Assembly: GCA_951406725.2 (NCBI GenBank)
Contig: OX597815.1
Span: forward strand, 115,754,001-115,818,000
DNA: 64,000 nt
Direction of reading: 5' to 3'
DNA from: Octopus vulgaris
Lineage: Eukaryota
The position numbers were made by a program, and so were the translations under genes. Below, piece by piece: positions 39,412 to 53,529 of this stretch (positions within the stretch are counted from its first letter, which is position 1; each line of letters starts with the position of its first letter). The notes under the pieces were generated by a model. That model saw only the letters and a list, made by a program, of their open reading frames with translations. It was not told the origin of the DNA and ran no database searches.

Positions 39412-40974
39412 AGAAACTGTCATATATGTCTTTAAGTAGATTGTGTATGTTCATGTTGCCTTCATCTGACATCAAGAGATAGCTGTAGATGAATGAGTGT
39501 CACTGCCATAAAAGCAGTGTCATTTATTTCTAATATTCTGCCCCAAAATATAAATTTTCTTAAGAACAAGAGTTATAACTATCTCTGTCTACTGGTTTCC
39601 ATTTTATTCATCATATGGCAATGTTTGATCTGGGGAATTTTGAGAAAGCACTGAATCTATTCTCAGCCTTTATTGCACAAATGAGTAATTAAACTCATGG
39701 TATACATCAGCTTAAGTTGGAGTTAGATTCATATCACACGTCTTGATAACATTAATAACAATACAATACTATTAATACAATCTGGTTGTGAAGAATTACT
39801 GCACAGCTTTCATGAACAGGTGACAATTTTTGAAAACAATTTGGATGATTTTCATTTCTTTCATTATTTACTTCAAATATTTTGTTCATGTTAATAAATG
39901 AAATGAGACTTGCATTGTTTAATACAATCCTCACAATAATTATTGTATGGACTATCAAAGAGATATACAGCATACAATAGAAATTACAAATATTTATGAC
40001 TAAACAATATTATTAAAATATTAAGTGGTTTTGCATATGTGACAATCTATTGTTACAAATGGAGTACTGTGAATATAGGTCAGGTTTGGACTGGACTACC
40101 TATGTTTAGTCCACTGCAGGACAAAGGCCTCAGCATGTTCCCTCCACCAACCACAGTCTGTTGTGGAGACTGAATTTGAGCTTGAGATCATACTGGTTTG
40201 ATGAGCCTACTCTGCCACACTGACTCAACATGGATTGGCAGAGGGATACTGTTTTTATACTCTTACCCAGGAGTAGTTAAGTTGATTACACAGGCCCCAA
40301 TGCTCAACTGGTACTTAATTTATCAGCCCAAAAGGATGACTTTGAACTCAGGATGTTAGTACAGATGAAATACCATTAAACATTTCAGAGATGGAGTGCT
40401 AAGCAGTGATAAATAAAATTGTAGTGTTATAATATGCTTACAGAGAGTTTGAACTGGGGAACAAGCCACTCGCTGCATTTTGTCAGGGAAAGTAAATCCA
40501 GTTTGTTGACAAATGTTGTGTATACACCTAGATCAGCTCATAGCGCCACCTACCCAGACTGGAGATGCTAGCATTTTGGAATAGTTATTTCCTCTTCAGT
40601 CACAGACACTAGGCAGGCGGCACTATGAGCTGATTGAAGAGATTGACTCTCTTATGCAAATGATTTTGCCAGCTTGCTGCCTTAAGTATCAATAAAAAGA
40701 AACTATCTTACTAATATAGTTCACATTTCTATTTCATAGTCTAACTGTTCCTGTGATATAATTACTCTATTTATGCAGATATTTTTGACAGAATAGAAAA
40801 TAAGGACTTTGTAGATGAGTTATTAATCAAACACCAGAAACTAGCACAAATTAAAGTTTATTACACAATGGATTCAAACAGTATTACAGTGTTGATGTTT
40901 CTTTCTATCATTCTCAATTACAGATGGGTTACAATTTAATCTCAAATTAACTAAAATTAAATCGTTATCACCTC

Positions 40975-41148
40975 AGATAAAATGCTTAGCAGCATTTCAT
41001 CCATCTTCATCCAAATTCCATTGAAGCTGATTTTGCCTTTCATCTTTTCAGGGTAGATAAAGTAATTACTAGTTGAACACTGGGTCAATATAATCAACTT
41101 ATCCCCTCCTCCAAAATTACTGGCCTCATGCCAAAATTTGAAACCATT
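40975..41148 (+). mobile_element. tRNA-derived SINE (Meta/MESC-like core), decayed
   Basis: tttgcctttcatcttttcaggg core and tail ending aaatttgaaaccatta, as at 200-213. Confidence 0.7.
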
Positions 41149-42373
41149 ATTTTAAGTCCAACTTGGCTATCTTGGAAACACTGGAGTGTTTCCTGTGTTC
41201 AAACTGATACTTACTTCATCAGCAATAAAATTTGAAATTCCATTTATTTCCTAGTACAAAAAATCCCTACTGAAGTAGATATGTTATATGACATTAAATG
41301 TATCATTTCATAATTTTTTTCCCCATTTATTTCATGCCTTTTATTTCTGCAATCTGGATCAGATTTGTATTTTCACTAAAGCTGATACAAAGGCTTGTTC
41401 TTTGTTTAATTTTTTTAATGTGCTTTTTATTAGTCATATGCTTTTAACATTTGTTAATCTAGCCTAGTAACATCATTTTGATATGCAATACTTTAAATGC
41501 TTAAATAACCTCAGAATACTTAGATCATAATTATCACATCTACAATATTTTTCATACTTTTTTTTTTACATTGCCAGAAAGTTTCATCCTTAATAAGTAT
41601 GTTTTTTTGTCTCTAAATTTGAACGGAAATGAAAATTCATTTGTCAATATATTTATAGATCTAAAGCTTATAAACCTTTAGATTTATAAATACATTGTAG
41701 AGATTAACCAAAAGGTAGATTTAACATATTAGGGACCAAATTCCTAAAATGAGAGTACCTTTTCTATGTTTTAAAGCAAACAGTGTTTATGATACAAATA
41801 CGCATAAAATATAATTTCAGAATTTAGTAAAAAAAATGCAAAACAAAATTTAAATAATATTAGCATTTCATAGCAACATCTGTGTGAAAACAATTATCAA
41901 ATCGAGATATACATTATTGATTGAGAATAAATATGAAGATATGACACTTTTCTGGGTCAATATAATTTTGAAATCAATAAACAATAATTTTATGATATAA
42001 ATGCCAGAGAATTATTAAAACTGTTGTAACCAATGATTTAGTATGAACATCTGCAGGAAAAACATGGGTGGGAGATCAAGAGTGTAGTGCAGTTGCTTGC
42101 AATGGAATGGAATCCCATTAAAGTTCCCCAAGGACCAGATAGCAATATTAATATAAGTGGTATTGTCCTACCATCAAAAAACTGGATGGATGTCATATTA
42201 TTACTCAAAAGCCTTGAGAACAACAAACAACAGTACAAGCGTATCATGTGAGGATAAAACAGAGGACCAGTATTCAAGAGACCCAGGTGAGATCTACAAA
42301 AGTAGATGACTGGATTATTAAGGATGTTGCAAAGTAATTAGTTTTTAAGTTATAAAAGAAACATCAGAATTTC

Positions 42374-42994
42374 CACATCCTAACTGTAGAAGGAACCTGT
42401 GGAAGAGGTAGATCCAGGTGGTGAAACATGATCTTCAAACATTAAGCCTCACAAGGGAAATGACAGGAGACCGAGACCTTTGGAGATATGCTGTGATTGA
42501 GAAGACCCAGCAAATGAAGTGAGATCACAGCCATGGCCAATGCCAGTGTAGCATATAAGGCCCATTTAAGAGGACCCTTGATGTGTCGGGCGATATGATA
42601 TGCTTGAGACGACCTGTTGAGTGAAGTAAAACCAAAATCATTGCTATGGCCAGTGCCCCCTGACCGGCTCCTGTTCCAGTGGAACATAAAATGCATCATC
42701 CAAACACGGTCAATGCCAGTGTCCCCTGACTAGCTCCCGTGCCAGTGGCATGTAGAAAACACTATCCGAATGTGATTGATGCCAGGCTCGCCTGACTGGC
42801 CCTTGTGCCGGTGGCACATAAAAAGCACCCACTACACTCTCAAAGTGGTTGGCATTAGGAAGGGAATCCAGCTGTAGAAACATTGCCAGATCAGATTAGA
42901 GCCCGGTGCAGCCATTGGCTCTCCAGACCTCAGTCAAACTGTCCAACTATGCCAGCATGGAAAATGGATGTTAAACGATGATGATGATGATGAT
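42374..42994 (+). mobile_element. RTE LINE 3' end
   Basis: Encodes VEGTCGRGR and VKHDL, then a UTR with ~62-bp tandem units and a (GAT)n tail. Reverse-complement homologue of 30681-31400. Confidence 0.88.
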
Positions 42995-45319
42995 TTACAA
43001 TATCTACTTACAATCTTATTTTATTGGTGAAATATGGAGAGAAAATAGATAATCTACTGCAGCTGGTAGGAGTAGGAAAACAAAGATATGAAGGTATTTA
43101 TACTTAGTCTAGAGTATAAAATTTACTTAAGCCAGAAGAGAAGCAGACAAATTTTCTAATACTTATTAGTGAGCCAAATCATACAAGACGACACCAAGGG
43201 AAGAGGAGTCCACAATGACTAAAAATACACTAGTTTTCAATAAGGGTGAAAAGAAAAAGAAAAAAAGGCATGAAAAGAGGTATTGCTGAGAAAGAGGACA
43301 CCATTCCCAGTGAGAAATTATCAATGTTAGTATATACAGCCATTAAAATCATGAAGTGAAAGAAAGAGAAATCTCGGAAATAGTTGTGGATTTTAGTTTC
43401 TTCTACAACATAATTATACAGTTTGTTGTTTTTGCCCAAGATATTCCATCAGTACACCCTTGGCAAATAGTCTAAATTGAATACTACTAGATTTGCAGTC
43501 ATTACTAATTAGGTCACTGTTGAAGTCTTCTGGTTCATGTAGGTGTATCTAGGACAACTCAGTCCTTTCTTTACAAAGATAAACAACACCAATGAGAATT
43601 CATAGGTGAGTGTAGGAAATGTTAGAAACAAATTTACAAGCAGCCTGAACCAGTATTTAGTTAAGTCCTTCATTAGACAATAACTTCCCAATACACAGGA
43701 AATTTATGACTAGCACTGGGTTGTCTATTAAATATTTTTTTATTTGCTAATGTATTTTTATATAAAAAGATAGTTTGATAAAAACCACTAGTAGTATGAA
43801 TACTAATATATCATTGTGATGCTGGTTCTCTTTTCTCATAGACATTTCAGAATGCATGCTTATTTAGTTGCAGCTAGAATGTTTGTGAATCACTAAATTA
43901 GACTAAATGTTTTATGCAAAGCTGTTTCAACTGCATTGAGATCTTAGATTATCATAGCAATGGCATGAACAAAGTTATAGTGTAGTTATTTGTTCACATA
44001 TCATTTAGATGTCAGGAAGTAAGACTATTTAATTTTAAAAAAAATACAACCAGTTATTTTTAATCTTTGCCTGAAGACTGTAGATAGGAGTGAACATTTG
44101 TTTGCCTTTTTCTTTTTTTAATACTGCTGACATATTTTCCTATCTCAACCAGTACACTAGTATAGTGGTGCATATATTTTAAAATAAAAGAGCATTGCCA
44201 TTAATGTTTAGAGCTATTTAAAGAATTTTTTTGGAATTGATTGCATCAGTCTTTTGCTACTACAGAAAGCTATAGAGTTAACATATTTTACTTCACATGT
44301 TATATCAACATCCCACACAAAGAATACGTATTTATCCAATTAACCAGCTTGATAAATGAGCTAACAAGGGATACTCTAAATAATCATTCAATATGCTAAA
44401 GACCGCAACAAAATCTTCTTTGAATCACACCATAGTTTAAAAGAAAAAAAAGATAATGCAGTCCTAAATAAGCACTGTCCAAAGCTGAAATAGCTTTTGT
44501 CATAGGTCTGCTCAGTCAGAGCTAGCCTGGGGCTAAACAACAACCAGTATGATAGCACCAACTACTTGATCTTCCTTTGTCTTTACCCAAAATTTAGTTG
44601 TTTAAATTTATTCTCTTCAGAGTAAAAACAGACAATTAATATAAATACATTTACTATAAAATTTTGTCTAATGACAAAACAAAGTCCAGCTAGTACAAAT
44701 GTTATTATGAATTTGATACTAATCTCAGGAGTCTCTTTATGAGAAAATGTCCTGTTATTCTTAAAATTGCTTTAAAATAATAATCTCAGTTTAACAGATA
44801 CTGTTACCACATTTATACATTTCACATGTCATAGCAACTGAAGTTTAAGTACTACAGTCAGAATCAAGTTGTAGCTAGCCACACACCAACATCTGCACAA
44901 TTAACTCATTAAAATTCATACATTTAACTTTTCACTAATGCAGTGTACACATAGACGTTGAATATTTGTATATAACATCTACAGTTGAACACTTAAAGGA
45001 ATCTAGCAGAAATATATGCAAATTTTAAAAAAGTATACACCACCATAACATAAAATGTTGTCTCCCCAATTTTGATATAACCATCTCTTTTTTTTTTTAA
45101 TTTAAAATGTCCTTCCTTAAGACAGTGGAGTTTGATTAGAGAAAAATTTGGCAGCCATTTTTAACAGGTCAAGTAACTAAGTAAAAGTTCCTTGTAAACT
45201 CACATAAAAATATTTATATCTATGTATGTGAGCATATTCACTTTTTTCAATGTGTATTTCCATTTTTTTGGTGAGATCTGGAGTTAATAACCAATGAATA
45301 TTTTTCTCATGAAAGAACC

Positions 45320-45782
45320 ATCATTATTATCATCATTTAACACCCATTTTCCATGTTGGCACGGGCTGGATGGTTTGACAGGAGTTAGCAAACTGGACCA
45401 GGTTCCAGTCATCTGTTTTGGCACTGTTTCTAAGGTTGGATGCCCTTCCTGATGCCAACAATTTTACAGAGTGTAGTGGATGCACTTTACATGGTGCCAG
45501 CACAGGTGCCTTTTCCACGACATCGGTGCGGGTGCCTTTTACGTGAAACCAGTGTAGGTGCTCTTTACATGACACCGGCACAGGTGACTTTAACATGGTG
45601 CCAGCACCAGTAAACTTTTATGTGGAACCTGCATGGGTAAACTTTTATGTGGGGCCAACATGGGTAAACTTTTATGTAGGGCCAGCATGGGTGCTCTCTA
45701 CATGGTGCTGACATCAATACATTTTACATGGTGCTCTTCACATAGCACTAGCATGGATGCCTTTTATGTGGCACCAGTACCA
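45320..45782 (-). mobile_element. RTE-tail fragment with ~24-bp internal tandem array
   Basis: (ATC)n tail on the + strand followed by repeated ggtgc-tttacatgg-ccagcac-like units. Confidence 0.75.
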
Positions 45783-46014
45783 GCAGAGTAACAGAGATAA
45801 ATAACAGTTTTATTAAGAAACATTTTACAATTTGAAAATCTAAGTAAATGTATTTTCAGTGTATGCCTGTTACATCTTTGTAGTTGGGAATTTTGTCACA
45901 TAAAGAAGTACAAAGTCTAGAATGTAGAGTGCTTGACTATTGTTAAATTCAGAAGTTGCTTGCAAAAGGTTGCCGGCAGTTATAATATTCTTTTTTCAAT
46001 CCAAAAGCTAGTTG

Positions 46015-46200
46015 CATCATCATCATCATCATTTAATGTCTGCATTCCATGCTGGCATGGGCAGGACAGTTTGACAGAAGCTGACCAGCTGAAGGGCTGT
46101 TCAGGCTTTATGTCTGTTTTGACATGGTTTCTACGGCTGAATGCCCTTCCTAAAGCCAACCACTTTACAGAGTGTACTAAGTGCTATGTGGCACCAGCAC
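46015..46200 (-). mobile_element. RTE-tail fragment
   Basis: (CAT)n followed by ccatgctggcatggg...gcccttcctaa, as in the other copies. Confidence 0.7.
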
Positions 46201-47566
46201 TTATAAGCCTGCAAGATTAGGGATGCTCAGCTGGAGAGGGTTGCAAGGGATGAGCCTGGATGCAAGGGCAACCACACTATGTAAAATTTATCACAGCCAT
46301 GTAGGAAAATTAGCACCCTACGCAAGTGCCTTGTACTAAATCCCTGGGTCAACTATAATCTTTCAAATGGATTTGGTGGAAGGAAACTGAAAGAAGCCCA
46401 TCATGTGTATGTGTGTGGAAAAAACGAATGTGTGCATGCATATGTGTTTGTGTCTCCTCGTCTTGACATCACATGATAGTTGTAAATGAGTATCACTGTC
46501 ATATAAGCCAGGTCATTCATTTCCAATATTCTGCGAATACCTTGCTTGGAAACAGATAAGGGCTGGCAACAGGAAGGGCATCCAAGCATAGAAAATTTGT
46601 TTCAAATAAACTGTCTAACCAAAGCAGAGGAGTTCCAAACAAACATTATTTGCATTTTTCTCTTTCTCTATCAATAATAGATATTTGACAAGGAAAAGAC
46701 AAAATTAACTCCCATCTATAATCAACCTTAATTTGGTTTATAAAATAAAACTAAGACAGTTTAACCCAAAACTTATCTCCCAATAAGAATTATTAAGAGT
46801 CTATACCTACATTAAAATAATGAGCTAGCTATTTAGAATATGACTGTAATTTTTCAGATAGGCATAGCTGATACTCCAGCTTTATAAGAGAAAGGTAATT
46901 AAAAACCGTTACATTTGTGCCACTGTTACATAAGCAATATTGTTTTAACTAGAAATTGAAACAGATGTTAAGCTTGGTTAGCTGAGAGCCAATACAATGA
47001 AACTTACAACAAACAAATAAAAATACACCCATATACACACGATTCAAAAGAACCTAGAATGTCTCACAGAAGTAAAAGGAAACAGAATAAACAAAAAATA
47101 CTGAATCATAAAAGAGAAAGCTAAACAAAGAGAAAATATGGAACAAACTAGCAAAGCCTAATGTTTATTTAGTTATAGACTAAGTTAACACATAAATGAG
47201 TTGCATAATAACAGATAACCCTGTGCTACACCATTCAGAGACTCTTTGTATATAGTGAGATGGGTCTAGCATCATACTTTAAATACTCCAACTTTGCTAC
47301 TCCACATACTAATTATTGCATATATGAACAATCACGCAGAATGAGAAAAATGTCTGATTTTGAATCATCATCACCATCAACTTTACATCTGCTTTTTCCA
47401 TGTTGGCATGACTTGAATAAGACCTGAAGCAGTATTCCACAGTTGGCTGTCCTTACTTGTCTACAAGGTATTTATTCCATCTGTTTACATGTATAACTGC
47501 CAAGTTGCTGAACTTTTTCTTTTATGTGGGACAGAGTGTTACATACATACAATGTATATATACAGA

Positions 47567-47639
<73 letters not shown>

Positions 47640-49279
47640 ACAGCTTTCTGTCTATCAAATTTCAGTCACAAAGTAATGGTCAACCCATGGCTGTAGTAGA
47701 AGGTACTTGCCCAAGGTGCCACACAGTGGTTGTGAAGCAAACTTGTTAACCACACAGCTATGCCTAATGTCATATAACCCTTTGTAGTTTATGTCTTTGC
47801 ACACTAGTCAAACTTTGACCTTGCTCTTATTTCTATCTAAGACAATTATTTAAAAAATATACTAAAATGCTTAACAATTATCGACCAAACTTGTAGCCAC
47901 TCTAAAAAGTGAACTCTGAGAGAATATATGAAGAAACTTAATTTATTTATTAAAATGTACATAAGAAATTCAGTGACTCAAACTATATTGCTGAATTTCT
48001 CAGACGTATTTTAACAAATAAAGCTTCCCAAATGATTGACATCCAGTGTAACCATGCCAGATCATCTCATTTATAAATTGGATGTTGAGTCAAGTTTATC
48101 AGCTGGATTAGCTGCTTGAGTGTCTGCTTTGATATCTCACAATCTATTGAAACTATGAAGTCAAGATATTTTATCAAAATTTTACCTATTCAACAGGTCA
48201 ATATGCTGGACAAACCACAGATAAGAAAAATGAATAAGTTATGCAAGAAACAAAATCCAAAAGAAAATATGTATATATACCAGCATGAAAAGCAGACATA
48301 AAATGATGTGGAGGTGTTAAAATAAATACCTTCAGAAATTTGTGGCTATAGTAGTTAGTTGTGCAAAGTATGTTCAAATGCAAATAAAAAAAAATTCCTT
48401 TTAACTTATTGCTTAATGTTGGGTCAAATATTTATCAAAACTAGAATAGGAAAGGGGTGAACAAATACAGGCTTAATTCTGAAATTGGGATCATCTGATA
48501 AAGATAAATTCAATGTTAGTTGAAATAAGGTCAAACAATAAAACAATTTTTAAACTACTGATAATGGTGATAAAAATTATAATATAAATGAATGTCATAC
48601 AAAGGATAGGAAAAAGGTAAGAAAGACAAGAGACCTGGGTGAGAACTAACTCAAAAGTAGATCACTGGATTATCATTGATGTTGGAAGATATTTAACAGT
48701 TGTAATGGAAACATTGGAATGGATACATTGGTGTGCATGGAAACTATGGTGGCGTCCAAGAATAATGGCTAGAAATTCATGTTTCTGGAACTGTGACAAA
48801 TTTATAACAAACTTTGTTGGCAATCTGAATGTGTGAATATACATGTGTAGATGAGTTTAAGCTGAGAATAGACGTATGATGAAGGAACACAACAAGAGAA
48901 ATGCCATTGTAAAGAGTAGTTCCAAAAATATAAACTATTGCAACACATTAGAGCTGGTAAGAGTGGGAAAAAATAAATGTGATGGAGAAATCTATTCTTA
49001 GTTTATGCATTAGAGGTGGGTGTCAAATTTATTTAGCTAGAAGAGAAGCAAACAGAAGATTTTCTGCTGTTCACTGGGGTGATAAGACTGTGTCAGACCA
49101 ATCATGACGGCATCAATGAAAGAAGCCCAAAATAAACAGAGGTACACTTGTTTTCAGTAAGAATAAAAAGAAAAGGTATGCTACTGTCATGAGACATTGA
49201 TAAGAAAGTAGAGAAAATGATATCAATGAGGAAGAGAACAAACATGGAATTTACAACTGCAATACTGCCATGTTGCCTT

Positions 49280-50887
49280 AAGATTAAGCGAAACTATGCA
49301 TCTCCTGTCTTGATTGTGTTACGTACCTGCTTCTCAAATGTGGTGGACACTTTCTTCTGCACCAGCTTTCACAATTCTTTCAGTTCTGTCTTAACAATGG
49401 TGCTACTCCAGAGCAGTGGAAAACTACTAGAGTGTTATTCCTCTGTTCAAAATGGGTGAACGCACATCACCTGTCAACTATTGTCCAGTCAGTCTTACTA
49501 GCTGCATTGCCAAACTAATGGAATCCAGTGTCAGAGAAACATTCTGGAACTTCTGGAATTCTCACAGCCTTATCTGGCCATCGCAATTCAGATTTATCCC
49601 TAACTCTATCGAGTTTCTTGAAGATATCACCCCGGTCACTGATGGTGGCTCATGAGTGAATGTTGTTTACCTTGACTTGACTAAAGAATTGTTTTGTGCC
49701 ACACAAAATACTTATGGCAAAACTCTCTGCAATGGGTGTGAAAGATAATCTTTTTAACTGGTTGGAGTCCTTCATTCTCACCCAAAATGTTCTAGGACAG
49801 CATTCTTCACCCTATGAGATGTCATCTGGTGTACCACATCGATCTGTTCTTGGTCCCCTTTTGTTTGTTGCATACATTTATGACATAAATGCCAACTTAA
49901 AGAACATCACAGTGCTGAAATATGCAGATGACATCAGTGATGAAATATGCAAATGTACCTTGAGATAAAAAGGACAGATCCTGAACATTATAGATCTTTA
50001 CTGCAATCAGACCTGGACACAATGCAACAATGGATCATGGACTGGCAACTCAAGCTGGCTGTGGACAAGTGTAACACCATGCATTTTGGGAGGGAAAAGC
50101 CAGTGTCCACATACTCTCTCCACAACACTAATAAAGAAGTCTTCTTGTGAATGTGACCTGGACATTACTGTCAGCAGCGATTTGTACTGGACAAAGTACA
50201 TCTCTAAAATTGTCATGGCCAAGGGTGTCTTGGCATCACTCAGCAAGACCTTTGTCACCCACTCTCCAGCTATCTATTTAAAGTTGTATATGGCTATGGT
50301 ACACACTTGGAATTTGCACCACCAGTCTGGAACCCCTATCTTGCTCAGGGCATTGACCTCCTGGAAACTGTCCAGAAATATGCAACCAAGTGAATACCCT
50401 CCACCAGGCATCTACCATACTCTGAATGCCTTGCTTCTCTGGGCATAGATACATTGAAGCTCTGACGTCTGGCAACTGATTTAGTAAACACCCACAAAAT
50501 TATTAACAGTCATGCCAACAACTACCCTGAGCACCTTTTTTGAGTTCCATGTGTCTAACACACGTGGGCATGCTTACAAAGTCAGAAAACAGCAGAGCTC
50601 CCATGACTTTCGGAAACATTTTTTCACACTCAGAGTTGCTGAAGCATGGCACAAACCACCTGCATCAATTGTTAGTTGCTGAGACATTACATCCTTTAAA
50701 ACCTCCATGTTTCCTGAAATTTGCTACACCTGATATCCCCTGCTCCATACACATGCACACGTGTATATCATGACTTATACACTGTTCATTTAACTGACTT
50801 TTGTACATAATTCTATGCACTGTATATGCACTTTCGATTAGTTGTAGTGTACCTGAGTACTATACACAATAATTTCATTATTATTAT
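49280..50887 (+). mobile_element. Decayed CR1-clade LINE (RT domain to 3' end)
   Basis: Peptides NYCPVSLTSCIAKLME, VPHKILMAKL, SGVPHRSVLGPLLF, KYADD and LQSDLD...W..DWQL; (ATT)n tail. Confidence 0.92.
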
Positions 50888-53529
50888 AACCACTCCCAGT
50901 AAGAAATCACCTGTGATAGTAAATAAAGCAAGTAAGAACATGATCTGAAAGCTAGAGAAAATTTAGAAATAGCTATTGAGATGTTGAAAATATTGTAATG
51001 GATAGGATTTAGTATGTGTTCGTAGTTAATGTGTCAGATAAACCTGATAGCTTTGGGCTGGATAGAGCATAACAAAAATGTAGAACTATAAATACCATAC
51101 ATTTAATGAGACTACTACCGAAATGTGATAATGGTGACAAAAGTTAGACAGTTGGATAAAATGCTTTACAGTATTTAGTAACAGCCCTTTACATTCCAAG
51201 TTCAAATTCTGCTGAGGTCAACTTTAACTTTCTTCCTCCTGAATAGATAAAGTACAGTCAAGTACTCAAGTTAATGCTAGATGTGAATGGAATTATGGAT
51301 TTTTTTTTTTATAAACTGAAGTCAGGCTTCCAACAGTTTATAGATGTGACCAGGGAGTAGCTCCAATCAGCCTGTTAGTTCACTTGACATTGGCAGCCTC
51401 AACTACTAGCTGGGTCCTGAAAGATGTCTTTTCTAACCATGAAGAGGTGAGTGTTAGGAGACAATATATAAACTCCAAATAGAAGAAACCAAAGCAGCTG
51501 CTGTGAGGCATGTTATTATCACTCAATCAATTCTGTCAATCCATCTCTCTGCACTGGTACTTTCCTAAATGATGGAAAGTAAAGTTAACTTTGGTAGGAG
51601 TTGAACTCAGAGCAGACAGAGTCAAAACAAATACTGCAAGGCATTACATGCTGGTACCATGTAAAAAGAACCCATGCTGATCCACATAAAATGCACCTAT
51701 ACTGGGTCACAAAAAGCAAGCAGCACACTCTGTAAAGTGGTTGGTATTAAGAAGGGCATCCAGCCACAGAAACCAACTCAAGTCACACTGAAACATGGTC
51801 TAGCTCTCCAGCTTGCCAACTTTGGTCAAACCATGGAAAATGGATGTTAAATGACAACTTATCCAAACCTCAAAGGACTGCCCATTCACCACCTTAAACT
51901 TCTGACAAAGTACAATATATCAAAGTTCAGTGAGCAATAAAGAAATATAAGTAAATGTCATGTTCTACAAAAACATTACACTGTATTGAAATAAGAACCT
52001 ATTTCTAAGTTTGCTTCAAAAGACTTTTTTTTCCTTGGCATATCTTATAATCACTTAAATTTTACTACACTGGCAAAATCATACATTTTCGTATTTCTAA
52101 GAAATTACAACCAGTGATGATAAATAGGTAATGGTAGAGAGTAGATGAGGATACAATATAAAACTATTTGACAGTTACAACAGTTTTTCTATGTTCAATG
52201 TCAACAAAAGAGGACATTTATTATAAGTTATTTCTTTTGAAGTTTCTATCAATAAAAATTTCTTTGTTAATTTATTATAATTATGTATGCATAATTATTC
52301 AGTTTCCATTGCACACAATATATAAGAGTGGCTCAGTATTCTGGTTAGACTGTTGCACATTAGGAAATGAGTATGGCTTTGTGCAAGATGAAGTGAAGTG
52401 ATGTGAGGTTAGGTTATGCATGTTGGAACCCATGGGTTCCAACTGCTGCACACTGACTGGAAGGGAAGTTTCTATTCAGGATCAAAGTAAAACCATGTGT
52501 TTTGCAAATATTTGGTATAATTTGATCTTTTACTTGTTTCTCTCATTAGACTGTGGCTATGCTGGGGCACTGCCTTTATATGTTAGATATTCAAATATAA
52601 AATTTGTCATGGCTGACGGATGACAGGTTCAGACACTCCCTAAAACTGTATCATCATGCTCTCTTCAGAATGAACAAGATCTCTCTGATTTACTGTTCGG
52701 GGTTAACACCCTTAACCTACACCTCTTTAAGAGCACTCACAGGCAGTGAGGGTTTATGTTCTCATTTATTCTTCTCCAAGTCAGGCTGTCTTCCAATGTT
52801 GCAGAGCCCAGACCACCCACCTAATTATACTACTAATGTTAATATCATGTAATTGAGGGCAACACAGAAGAACTATAAAATATTTAAAAAGTAATTATTA
52901 TTATTAAGTGGGTGAATGTGCGTTTTTAAGGCTAAATTAAGAGATAAAAATGTCATCTGACATCTCAAAAGCACACCAAAAGCTGCACTACTTTATTTTG
53001 TGGAAATGGAAAATGAATTAACTTACAAAATGAGCTAAAGTTAAACAGTTATGTTACATATGCTGCATGCTTCAAAATGCCCAGTTAACCATTTTATTCA
53101 GCAAAGCTTTGGTTATGAAATAATTTTACATAATACCCATCCATCTTCTTTCCATTATTCCTAGGAGGATTGTGGGGATAGAATCCTCCATAGGGTCCTA
53201 TCAGAAGCAACTATCATTAGACTTTCCAAGCCTGACCAATTGGGACTATGGATATTATCTAACCATCTCATTCCTGGACTATTCCTAGATTTCCTGCTGG
53301 TTGGCTTAGCTTGAAAAATTCTTGCAACGTTCTAATCACATCTCCATAGTATTAGAACCAAGACTTCTCAATGTGTCTTCCTGTATAGCAATGTATTGCG
53401 TGGTTAACTTTTGGTGTGAGATGGTTTCATCTACTGGATATTTAACTTACTAGTAAGTAGGTTTGTTTTTCATTTTACAATCTATTTTAATTAGAAATTA
53501 TCATGGTAGGGACAAATTAGGTTGAGTAA

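Noticed and set aside
45480-45780. Regularly spaced short repeats superficially like a CRISPR array
   Set aside because: These are degenerate tandem units without unique spacers, inside a LINE 3' UTR in a eukaryotic intron, with no cas genes.
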